DNA of 33,719 bases, from the NCBI GenBank assembly GCA_964517155.1, contig CAZFAZ010000034.1, positions 1-33,719 on the forward strand, given 5' to 3'. Positions 26,314 to 33,719 of this stretch are shown here, in pieces (within the stretch, counting starts at the first letter, position 1; each line of letters begins with the position of its first letter). Origin of the DNA: an uncultured Thermoplasmatales archaeon (lineage in GTDB: Archaea > Thermoplasmatota > E2 > DHVEG-1). The notes beneath the pieces are model-generated. The model made no database searches. It saw only the letters and a program-made list of their open reading frames with translations, and had not been told where the DNA came from. The position numbers and the translations under genes are program-made.

Positions 26314-26335
26314 TATATGTTTTTGCTTTCAGGTT

Positions 26336-27223
26336 TTGATAAATATGAATATACAAGCAGAGTGTGTCCCTTGTCTTTTAAAGCGTATTCTTTTTGAGGC
26401 AGAGCTTAGTACGAAGGATAAAAAACTCATAAATGAAACAATGAAGAAAGCATGTACTCTGTTATCAGAGTTGTATGATCCAAATGTCTGTAGTGTTAGC
26501 ATTGCTACAAAGATTCACAAACTTGCATATGATACACTTGGGAATAACGATCCTTATAAAGATTTAAAGAATCAGGCAAATAAAGCTGCTAAAAAACTTA
26601 TTCCTCGGGTTGAAGAGCTGCTAAATGTTTGTGAAGATCCTCTTCGTATGAGTATGTTGTGTAGCATTGTTGGTAACATGATGGATTTTGGGATAGCCGG
26701 TGCCAGCAGTACTCCTGATAAATTATTTGATATCTTTGAGGAAACAGTTTCAGATGATTTAGGTTATGATGATTATGATAAAGTAAAAGATATTTTAAAA
26801 GATGCAAAAAACGTGTTACTTTTTACTGATAATTGTGGTGAGATAGTATTTGATAAAATATTATGTAGAGAGCTTAAGAAACTTAATCCTGATATTTTTT
26901 TAACTGTTATTGTGAAGGGTGAAAACATTTTATCTGATGCAACAATGGATGATGCACTTGAGATAGGTCTTGATAAAGAAGTAGATGATGTACTTACAAC
27001 AGGTTGTTTTGCAGTTGGTGTAGATTTTGAAAAACTTCCTTCAAATGTTAAGAAACTTTTAGATCAAGCAGATATAATTCTTGCTAAAGGAATGGGTAAT
27101 TATGAAGCTTTTTCTGATACAAAATATAGGCCTATTGCTTATCTGATGCGTACAAAATGCTCAGCTATCGCAAATTCTTTAGGTGTGCCTCAGGATATAA
27201 ATGTTATAAAAATTTATCAATAA
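26336..27223 (+). CDS. DUF89/ARMT1-like damage-control phosphatase
   Basis: ECVPCL, DPYKDLK, GNMMDFG, TDNCGE..FD, KGMGNYE, KC..IA. Confidence 0.9.
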   Translation: MINMNIQAECVPCLLKRILFEAELSTKDKKLINETMKKACTLLSELYDPNVCSVSIATKIHKLAYDTLGNNDPYKDLKNQANKAAKKLIPRVEELLNVCEDPLRMSMLCSIVGNMMDFGIAGASSTPDKLFDIFEETVSDDLGYDDYDKVKDILKDAKNVLLFTDNCGEIVFDKILCRELKKLNPDIFLTVIVKGENILSDATMDDALEIGLDKEVDDVLTTGCFAVGVDFEKLPSNVKKLLDQADIILAKGMGNYEAFSDTKYRPIAYLMRTKCSAIANSLGVPQDINVIKIYQ

Positions 27224-27281
27224 ATTGTGTATATGTTTGATGCTGAGGTTTTTATACTTTTAAGATATAACAATTACGTTT

Positions 27282-27599
27282 ATGTTAGGATATTATAAAG
27301 ATTTATTGAAAGATTTCAAAGATATTCCTGGTATTGTAATTGTTTATGGCTCAGTTTCAAAAGAGCAATCTAGGATAGATTCAGATATAGATATCGCTGT
27401 TTTTTCTTATGATAAACAGTCAAAGATTATGGCTGATGAAATTGCAGATGAAATTTTATTTAAAACAGGTAAAGTTGTCTCTATTTTTTGGTTCAATATC
27501 CATGATTTTAAAAGTAGGATAAATGAACCTTTTTTTCAAGATGTTTTAAAGGGGGAGATATTAAGTGGAGGAAAGCTTCTTAAAAGAATTAGTTCATAA
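27282..27599 (+). CDS. minimal nucleotidyltransferase (MNT) antitoxin
   Basis: VYGSVSK....DSDIDIAV (GS-x10-DxD motif), 105 aa, overlaps the HEPN gene. Confidence 0.85.
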   Translation: MLGYYKDLLKDFKDIPGIVIVYGSVSKEQSRIDSDIDIAVFSYDKQSKIMADEIADEILFKTGKVVSIFWFNIHDFKSRINEPFFQDVLKGEILSGGKLLKRISS

Positions 27600-27978
27600 A
27601 GAATTAGATGCTGCAAATGAAAGATTAGAAGCAGCTGAGCTTTTATTTAATGATTCAAAATATGTTGATGCTATAAATCGTGCTTATTACGCTGTTTTTC
27701 ATGCTTCAAAGGCTTTGTTATATTCAATTGGTAGAGATGCTAAAACACATTCGGGTTTAATTTCTGAAATAGGTTTACATATGGTCGGAAAAGGCCTTAT
27801 TGATAAAAGATATGGTGTAATACTAAGGCGACTTTTTGAATCTCGCGAAACATCAGATTATGTTGTTGGTGCTATTTTTACTGAGGATGAAGTCAAAGAT
27901 TCACTTAAAGATGCTAAATTATTTATTGATATGGCATATAAAAAGTCAAACAAATACATTAAAAATTTTTTAAAGTAA
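27565..27978 (+). CDS. HEPN domain protein (MNT-HEPN module)
   Basis: AINRAYYAVFHASKALL, KTHSGLIS, RETSDY. Confidence 0.88.
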   Translation: MEESFLKELVHKELDAANERLEAAELLFNDSKYVDAINRAYYAVFHASKALLYSIGRDAKTHSGLISEIGLHMVGKGLIDKRYGVILRRLFESRETSDYVVGAIFTEDEVKDSLKDAKLFIDMAYKKSNKYIKNFLK

Positions 27979-27982
27979 ATAT

Positions 27983-28621
27983 TCAAAGAAAACTATGAAA
28001 TTTTAACCATTCTTCAATTGCCTTAAACATAAACTGAATTGCAATTGCAACAGTTAAAAGTCCCATAACTCTTGTAAAGGCATCCATTCCTTTTTCTCCA
28101 AGTACTCTTATAACATATGTTGAGCTTAGGAATATAAGATAGGTTATAATCATGGTTAATAGTATTGCAAGTATTGCGATAATTACTGCCATCCACCATG
28201 AAATATTATAGTCTATAGGTAATACTTTCATGCTTACAATTGTAACAGTTATTGCTCCAGGTCCAGCAAGAGACGGCATTGCAAGTGGTACAAGCGCGTA
28301 ATCTGTTTTTTGGTCTTTTCCTGGAGGAGTTTCTCCAAATTGTTGTCCGCGTCTGGTCATATCAAGACCCACAAATAAAAGTAGTATTCCACCTGCGATT
28401 CTTAATGAATATATCTGAATTCCCATGTATTCTAGTATACCTGATCCAGTTATTGCAAAAATGATTAAGAGAATCGATGCATATTTTATAGTATTTTTTG
28501 CAGTTTTTTTTCTTTCTTCTTTTGAATACTTTCCAGTTATTGCTGAAAAAAGTGCTAGTGTTGATGAAGGATTTACTATAATAAATAATGGGACAAATAT
28601 AGCCAGAAACGCATCTATCAT
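27983..28621 (-). CDS. MarC family membrane protein
   Basis: LFIIVNP, RIAGGILL, VPLAMPSLAGPGAI, RVMGLLTVAIAIQ. Confidence 0.92.
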   Translation of the reverse strand: MIDAFLAIFVPLFIIVNPSSTLALFSAITGKYSKEERKKTAKNTIKYASILLIIFAITGSGILEYMGIQIYSLRIAGGILLLFVGLDMTRRGQQFGETPPGKDQKTDYALVPLAMPSLAGPGAITVTIVSMKVLPIDYNISWWMAVIIAILAILLTMIITYLIFLSSTYVIRVLGEKGMDAFTRVMGLLTVAIAIQFMFKAIEEWLKFHSFL

Positions 28622-28658
28622 AATATAGGGTTATTGAAACCTTATATAATAATTTTTT

Positions 28659-30650
28659 TTATTGCTCCTTGTTAAACAACACCCTTAGAGGTATATAATA
28701 CACTAGAATCGCTATAAATATCCATATCAAAAACCCGGGGAGAACTGGGGGTATATCAAAAATTGTGATATTTAGACCTGCTATAATTATAAATGCAACT
28801 ATTACTCCTGTGAGTGCTTCTCCTGCGATAAGTCCTGCTGTGAATAGAAGACCTGTTCGTACTATACGCTCTTTTGGTTTTACTTCTGTTTGTTTTATTG
28901 CAAGCTCCCATTCACTTATTTCTTCGCCTTTGCTTGAACCGTATTTCTTCTCAATTTTTTTATTTGTTATATGTCTTATTACCCCACCAGCAAATATAGG
29001 TGTTGCAAGTGTAAATGGTAGATATATCCCAATTGCTACGGGTAATACTGGTATATTGATTAATATCAAAACAAATGCAAGAACCATCCCTGCGAGTACA
29101 AACGGCCATGTCATTTCTCCGCCTAGTACTCCTTGTATTACTCCAGCCATGAGTCCTGCTTGTGGTGCTGGCAAATTAACACTGCCTATTGTATATGCTT
29201 TATGCAGTGCTGATACTACAAACGCAAGTACTGGTGCTGCTGCAATTATTCCTACAAGTTCTGCCAGTTGCTGTTTCCAGGGTGTTGCGCCTATCATTTG
29301 CCCTGCAGTCATTGATTGCAGTACATCCCCTGATATTGCTGCGCAACATGCAATTACTGTTGCAATAAGTAATGCTACGCCAAATGATGTTGTACCTGAA
29401 AATCCTAATCCTAAAAGTATTAATGAGGTTATCAAAAGTATTGATACTGTTACTCCTGATGTGGGGTTGTTTGATGAGCCAACAAGCCCTGCCATGTATC
29501 CTGCGATAGCACTGGCGATAAAAGCAAAAAGTATTGCAAATACAGCCATTATTCCTGAGACTAGTATATTTTGTGATAACCACATGTACACAAGAAATAT
29601 TGGTATTGTAAGTAATCCTATTGTTAAGAATACATATTTAGAATTCAAATCTTTGTCTGTTCGTTTTTTTGTGATTTCATGTCCACTTTTTATTCCTATT
29701 ATTGCTTCTTTTATTCCATCTGCAAGATTGTTTCGCAGTTTAAATATTGTGTATAATCCACCAACAAGCATTGCTCCTACGCCGATATATTTTACATAAT
29801 GGCTCCATACATAAAAGAAAGCATCTAATGGTTCAGATATTCCTGAGGGCATTCCTGTTGCAAGAAGTATTAATGGCGTTATTATTACCCATCCGAGGAG
29901 TCCTCCGACTAGTACATATGATGCTATTTTTGGTCCTATTATCCATCCTACTCCAAGTAGTGCTGGTGATGTTGCAAGCCCGCCATATATATATGCATCG
30001 TTTTCTCCAGATCCGATGTTAAATTTTCCTATGCTTATTATTCCCTCTATTCTTCCTTGTATTGCTTTAAGTCCTACTTGCCCAAATTTTAATAGTGCGC
30101 CTAGAACTGCTCCTATCAATAACCATATTCCTGATACTCCATGATCTGTTTTTTTATTTGTGCCATCACCTACTGTTGTGGTAAGTACTGCGGCTACTGC
30201 TACGCCTTCTGGAAATGGAAGATCTGTTTTTATTATAAGGGCTCTTCTTAGTGATACCATCCATAGTACTCCAAGTATACCTCCTAAAGATGCAACTATC
30301 GTTGTTTCTACGTAGTGTATTTCTGTCCAAGTTCCTAGAAATAGCATTGCAGGTATAGTAAAAATAACACCTGCAGCAAGTGCTGTTCCTGCAGCGGCAC
30401 CCATCATTCCAATGTTTACTTCAAGAATTGTTCCTTTTAGTGGTTTAAGTAATGCAAAAGCCATAACTGCACCGGGAATTGCTGCAGATACAGTCATTCC
30501 TGCGTAAAGTCCAAAATAAGCGTTTGCTGAGCCTAAAATGATTGCAAGTAATGCGCCTACTAACACTGCTTTTAATGTTAGCTCAGGCATACTTGTTTTT
30601 TCAGGTATAAATGATTGGAAATTTTCTCTGTATGACATGATATTTACCAT
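28659..30650 (-). CDS. OPT family oligopeptide transporter
   Basis: PELTLKA, ANAYFGLYAGMTVSAAIP, LPFPEG.A, GLVGSSNNPTSG, GATPWKQQ, PAPQA, GLIAGEAL. Confidence 0.92.
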   Translation of the reverse strand: MVNIMSYRENFQSFIPEKTSMPELTLKAVLVGALLAIILGSANAYFGLYAGMTVSAAIPGAVMAFALLKPLKGTILEVNIGMMGAAAGTALAAGVIFTIPAMLFLGTWTEIHYVETTIVASLGGILGVLWMVSLRRALIIKTDLPFPEGVAVAAVLTTTVGDGTNKKTDHGVSGIWLLIGAVLGALLKFGQVGLKAIQGRIEGIISIGKFNIGSGENDAYIYGGLATSPALLGVGWIIGPKIASYVLVGGLLGWVIITPLILLATGMPSGISEPLDAFFYVWSHYVKYIGVGAMLVGGLYTIFKLRNNLADGIKEAIIGIKSGHEITKKRTDKDLNSKYVFLTIGLLTIPIFLVYMWLSQNILVSGIMAVFAILFAFIASAIAGYMAGLVGSSNNPTSGVTVSILLITSLILLGLGFSGTTSFGVALLIATVIACCAAISGDVLQSMTAGQMIGATPWKQQLAELVGIIAAAPVLAFVVSALHKAYTIGSVNLPAPQAGLMAGVIQGVLGGEMTWPFVLAGMVLAFVLILINIPVLPVAIGIYLPFTLATPIFAGGVIRHITNKKIEKKYGSSKGEEISEWELAIKQTEVKPKERIVRTGLLFTAGLIAGEALTGVIVAFIIIAGLNITIFDIPPVLPGFLIWIFIAILVYYIPLRVLFNKEQ

Positions 30651-30763
30651 ATTAATATTAACTTACAAATATATAAAATAATCGTAAAAATTAGCAATTT
30701 TTATTTTTGGTTTTTTCCAAAGCAAATCCTTTTCAATATTCTGTAAAAGTAAAATCTAAAAAC

Positions 30764-31171
30764 TTATTCTTGGATAAATCTGCGAATATCTGGCCTTGTA
30801 TAAGCAATATCCGTAACAGTAACAATACCCACAAGGTTATCTTTTTCAGTTACTCCCAATTTTTTAATGTGATTATCCTTTAAAATCGAAATTGCATAAT
30901 TAATAGTATCATTAACATCTATGGTTTTTACATCTGTACTCATTATTTCTCTAACTTTAGTTGTATTTGGGTTTATATCTAAACAAATAGTCCTTTCAAT
31001 GATATCTCTTTCTGTAATAATGCCAACGACTTCTTCATTTTCAATTACAAATAAAGAACCAATTTTTTTATTTTTATATAAAGTACATGCATCTTTTATT
31101 GTACTATTAACATCAATTTTTACAATTTCCTTTTTCATTATATCTTTAACAAATATGAGACATTCCTCCAA
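30764..31171 (-). CDS. CBS domain-pair protein
   Basis: VKDIM..., VGIITERDI, KVREIMS, LVGIVTVTDI. Confidence 0.9.
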   Translation of the reverse strand: MEECLIFVKDIMKKEIVKIDVNSTIKDACTLYKNKKIGSLFVIENEEVVGIITERDIIERTICLDINPNTTKVREIMSTDVKTIDVNDTINYAISILKDNHIKKLGVTEKDNLVGIVTVTDIAYTRPDIRRFIQE

Positions 31172-31272
31172 ATTTTAACTAAAAAGTGTAACCTAAAGAA
31201 GTATTTTAAACTGATGTTAGAAATTTGGCAGTTTTTTGTATAAATTTTTTTCAATAAAAAATAATAAAGTTA

Positions 31273-31357
31273 TGCAGGGGGAGGGATTTGAACCCGCGAA
31301 CCTCTTCAGGAATAGATCTTGAGTCTATCGCCGTAGACCAGGCTTGGCTACCCCTGC
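31273..31357 (-). tRNA. tRNA-Leu(CAA), intronless, CCA not encoded
   Basis: The minus strand reads GCAGGGGTAGCCAAGCCTGGTCTACGGCGATAGACTCAAGATCTATTCCTGAAGAGGTTCGCGGGTTCAAATCCCTCCCCCTGCA: acceptor GCAGGGG/CCCCTGC, anticodon arm ATAGA-CTCAAGA-TCTAT, long variable arm, discriminator A. Confidence 0.95.
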
Positions 31358-31385
31358 ATGTAAAGAAACTAGAAATAAAATACTC

Positions 31386-31393
31386 TTATAAAA
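31386..31393 (-). promoter_or_regulatory. putative TATA box of tRNA-Leu
   Basis: TTTTATAA on the minus strand ~30 bp upstream of the tRNA 5' end. Confidence 0.5.
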
Positions 31394-31443
31394 CTTTATA
31401 CAAAAAGTATTATTTTTTAAGCTATACGAGTTTAATAGATTTT

Positions 31444-32007
31444 TTAATTGTTGTCATTGTTGAATTTTTTATCAATTGCATCTTCAATTTTTTTACCTAT
31501 GTCTTCACCCATTTTCTCCATTTTTTCTTCAAAATCAGAACATGTCTTTTTCTTCCAGGATGTCCAGACAAAACTTAGGATAAGACCTATAGATAGAATC
31601 AATATCATAATAACTGCTATATGTTGCCATATAGTAAAATTGTAATTCCAGAAATAATAAATAAGGCCTGAAATGCCAATGAGTGGTAGAATAATAGATG
31701 TTATAATTCTTGATCTAAAACCTGTGATATGCATCATCTGCCATCCTCCTTTTGGAATGAGTCTTATTGACCATATTATCCAAATACTACCTATTAAAAC
31801 TATTAAAATTAAAAGTGACAGCAGTATTATTGCGATTTTTTTTTCATAAGGATGAATTTCTGCAGAAAAAAACGCAAGCCATGCTATAATAAATATAAGC
31901 CAGGAAACTGCTAATGCTCCAGAAATTTTTGGTCTCCATGAAGTGTCATATTTTTTAGCATCCATAAACATATTTTTTTCCTCCACCATTTGATATATAA
32001 ATAACAA
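31444..32007 (-). CDS. hypothetical membrane protein (4 TM, internally duplicated)
   Basis: Two similar helical hairpins (WRPKIS..WLIFIIAWL..IAIILLSLL and FRSRIITSI..IAVIMILIL). The start is probably the ATG at 31989. Confidence 0.7.
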   Translation of the reverse strand: MLFIYQMVEEKNMFMDAKKYDTSWRPKISGALAVSWLIFIIAWLAFFSAEIHPYEKKIAIILLSLLILIVLIGSIWIIWSIRLIPKGGWQMMHITGFRSRIITSIILPLIGISGLIYYFWNYNFTIWQHIAVIMILILSIGLILSFVWTSWKKKTCSDFEEKMEKMGEDIGKKIEDAIDKKFNNDNN

Positions 32008-32151
32008 AATTTGTTTTATATCTTTTCTTAATATTATCTGACTTTGGTATATACTTTCCTAATCTTTAAACATATTCTATATAGATTACATATTAAAGGC
32101 TTTTTAATGATGTGAGAATAATGTAGAATTAATCGCAGGAGGAATAACTTT

Positions 32152-33021
32152 CTGAAAAAATGTGAACGATGTGGGTATTCTGGAATAGAAAGAGATATTA
32201 AAAAATGCCCCAGCAATATTGCTGTCTGGAAAAAAACAGATATTTGTTCTAATTGTTATAAAGAGCTTAAAGAAGAACTTTTAAATAAAAAACTTGAAGC
32301 AAAAAAACCATTGCAAAAAGATGCTTTGAGATTAGAAATAACTCCAAATTTGAGTGATAAAACCCAATGTCCATATTGTGGTAGTTGGGTTGGAAAAAAT
32401 GCTAGTATATGTGAACATTGTCGTTTTGATTTTAAAACTAAAAAAGTTTCTAAAAAACCTCGAAATTATGAGTCTTCTTTTCAAGAAGGTAAAGATTTTT
32501 CAAAAATTGGAATTGAAAAACTTGATAAAAAAGATTTAAAGGAATTGGAAAAAAAAGAGCAGTTTAAGCCAAAGGCAAAGTTTGATTTAAAACCCGTCTT
32601 TTTTATGTTTGCAGTTTTAGTTATTGCAGTTTTTTTAACTTTTCAATTCGGAATTTTTTCTGCGTTAACTTCTGGTGGAGTTTTATATAATGCTGGATTT
32701 ATTGGTAATTGGCAGCTTGGTGATATGTCTGGTGCTGCTGATGATTATATTGATCAATATTGGAGTTTTCATGATAATAATTCTGTAAAAATTGAGACAA
32801 AACCAAAATCTGATAAAGGTTCTGTTAGTGTTCAATGGTTAAATTGGGATACGGTGGGCAGTGAGTTGCAGATTTATCATGATTATTCTAACTCAGATAC
32901 TAGTTTATATTTTAACATTGCCCCCTCTTATACATATAGTTTTTCAAAATCTGCTGACGAGGTAACTCTTACTTTTTTTTATCAAAATATGGAACTTAAG
33001 ATGCCGCTTAATAAATTGTGA
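32152..33021 (+). CDS. double zinc-finger, single-TM protein with extracellular beta domain; probable CTG start
   Basis: The ORF-track frame (32311) stays open upstream to a TAA at 32119. AGGAGG (32137-32142) lies 9 nt before the CTG at 32152, giving MKKCERCG...ICSNC...CPYC..CEHC, then a TM and FIGNWQ..WSFHDNN. Confidence 0.7.
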   Translation: MKKCERCGYSGIERDIKKCPSNIAVWKKTDICSNCYKELKEELLNKKLEAKKPLQKDALRLEITPNLSDKTQCPYCGSWVGKNASICEHCRFDFKTKKVSKKPRNYESSFQEGKDFSKIGIEKLDKKDLKELEKKEQFKPKAKFDLKPVFFMFAVLVIAVFLTFQFGIFSALTSGGVLYNAGFIGNWQLGDMSGAADDYIDQYWSFHDNNSVKIETKPKSDKGSVSVQWLNWDTVGSELQIYHDYSNSDTSLYFNIAPSYTYSFSKSADEVTLTFFYQNMELKMPLNKL

Positions 33022-33026
33022 TTTTT

Positions 33027-33719
33027 TTAACCGAATCTCCCTGTTATATAATTTTGAGTGGTTTCTTTTTCAGGTTTTACAAAAAGTTTTCTAGTAGGGC
33101 CAAATTCTATTAAATCTCCCAGGTACATGAATGCTGTGTAATCTGATACTCTTGCTGCTTGCTGCATGTTGTGTGTTACTATTACTACGGTGTATTGTTT
33201 TTTTAGTTCATGTATTAAGTCTTCTATTTTTTTTGTAGCAATCGGGTCTAGTGCGCTGCATGGTTCATCCATGAGTATTACTTCTGGTTGAATTGATAGT
33301 GCTCTTGCGATGCAGAGTCTTTGTTGTTGTCCACCTGATATTCCCATTGCTGATTGGTCGAGTCTGTCTTTCATTTCATCCCAGAGGGCTGCATCTTTCA
33401 GGCTTTGTTCTACTATTGTGTCTAGTTTTCTCTTGTTTTTTAAGCCCTGCATTTTTGGTCCGTATGCTATGTTTTCCCAGATGCTTTTTGGGAAAGGATT
33501 TGGTTTTTGAAAGACCATTCCAACTTTTCGTCTTAATTCTACCACGTTTGATGTTTTTGAGTTTATGTCTTGTTTATCTAGATATATTTGTCCGTTTACT
33601 TTGCATTCGTCGATTATATCATTCATGCGGTTTAGACATCTTATTAGTGTTGATTTTCCGCATCCTGAAGGACCTATCAAGGCTGTTACTCTTTTTTCAG
33701 GTATTCTTAAGTTTATATT
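33027..33719 (-). CDS. pstB: phosphate ABC transporter ATP-binding protein (5'-truncated by the window edge)
   Basis: [65 protein letters not shown]; the frame is open to the window end. Confidence 0.95.
   Translation of the reverse strand, partial: NINLRIPEKRVTALIGPSGCGKSTLIRCLNRMNDIIDECKVNGQIYLDKQDINSKTSNVVELRRKVGMVFQKPNPFPKSIWENIAYGPKMQGLKNKRKLDTIVEQSLKDAALWDEMKDRLDQSAMGISGGQQQRLCIARALSIQPEVILMDEPCSALDPIATKKIEDLIHELKKQYTVVIVTHNMQQAARVSDYTAFMYLGDLIEFGPTRKLFVKPEKETTQNYITGRFG

Noticed and set aside
28765..29799. 344-aa plus-strand ORF
   Set aside because: It is an antisense shadow of the OPT transporter with no independent motifs. The same applies to the other short ORFs nested in or antisense to recognised genes.
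31288..31578. 96-aa plus-strand ORF
   Set aside because: It is antisense to tRNA-Leu and to the membrane-protein gene.
1..33719. Integrase, transposase or retinal-forming oxygenase (blh/brp) gene
   Set aside because: No ORF in the window shows tyrosine/serine recombinase, DDE/HUH transposase or Blh motifs that I can recognise; any such gene must lie elsewhere.

Overview
AT-rich archaeal chromosomal window. The archaeal-type RNase P RNA, CCA-less tRNA-Leu, Elp3, TATA boxes, NosD/CASH paralogues and heliorhodopsin suggest a sediment Thermoplasmatota lineage (inference). The window opens in the 3' end of the RNase P RNA gene (rnpB). The last ~24 nt of rnpB recur four more times in the next 5.6 kb (about 1873, 2629, 4135, 5629), each ~60 bp behind a CTTCTGTCTT(C/T)AAAAA-type box (degenerate in the first copy). 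These composite repeats divide the region into gene-sized blocks: msrB remnant + hypothetical + zinc-ribbon heliorhodopsin; an antitoxin-like gene with a broken RelE-like toxin; and two divergent secreted NosD proteins. This looks like an integron-like cassette array built at the RNase P RNA gene, with no integrase in the window, and is the most novel candidate. The rest holds three small nucleic-acid/Zn-binding proteins (one missed by the ORF track), an aminotransferase, corA, mscS, a TspO-like protein, FKBP, a short asparaginase, an SF2 helicase, a LEA_2 protein, an FAD oxidoreductase followed by a lycopene cyclase-crtI-crtB-crtZ (zeaxanthin-type) cluster, PrsW, a bacterial-type PfkA with a shortened GGD loop, an ABC exporter, elp3, DUF89, MNT-HEPN, MarC, an OPT transporter, a CBS protein, tRNA-Leu(CAA), a probable CTG-initiated double-zinc-finger membrane protein and partial pstB. 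All calls come from manual motif reading; no database searches were run.
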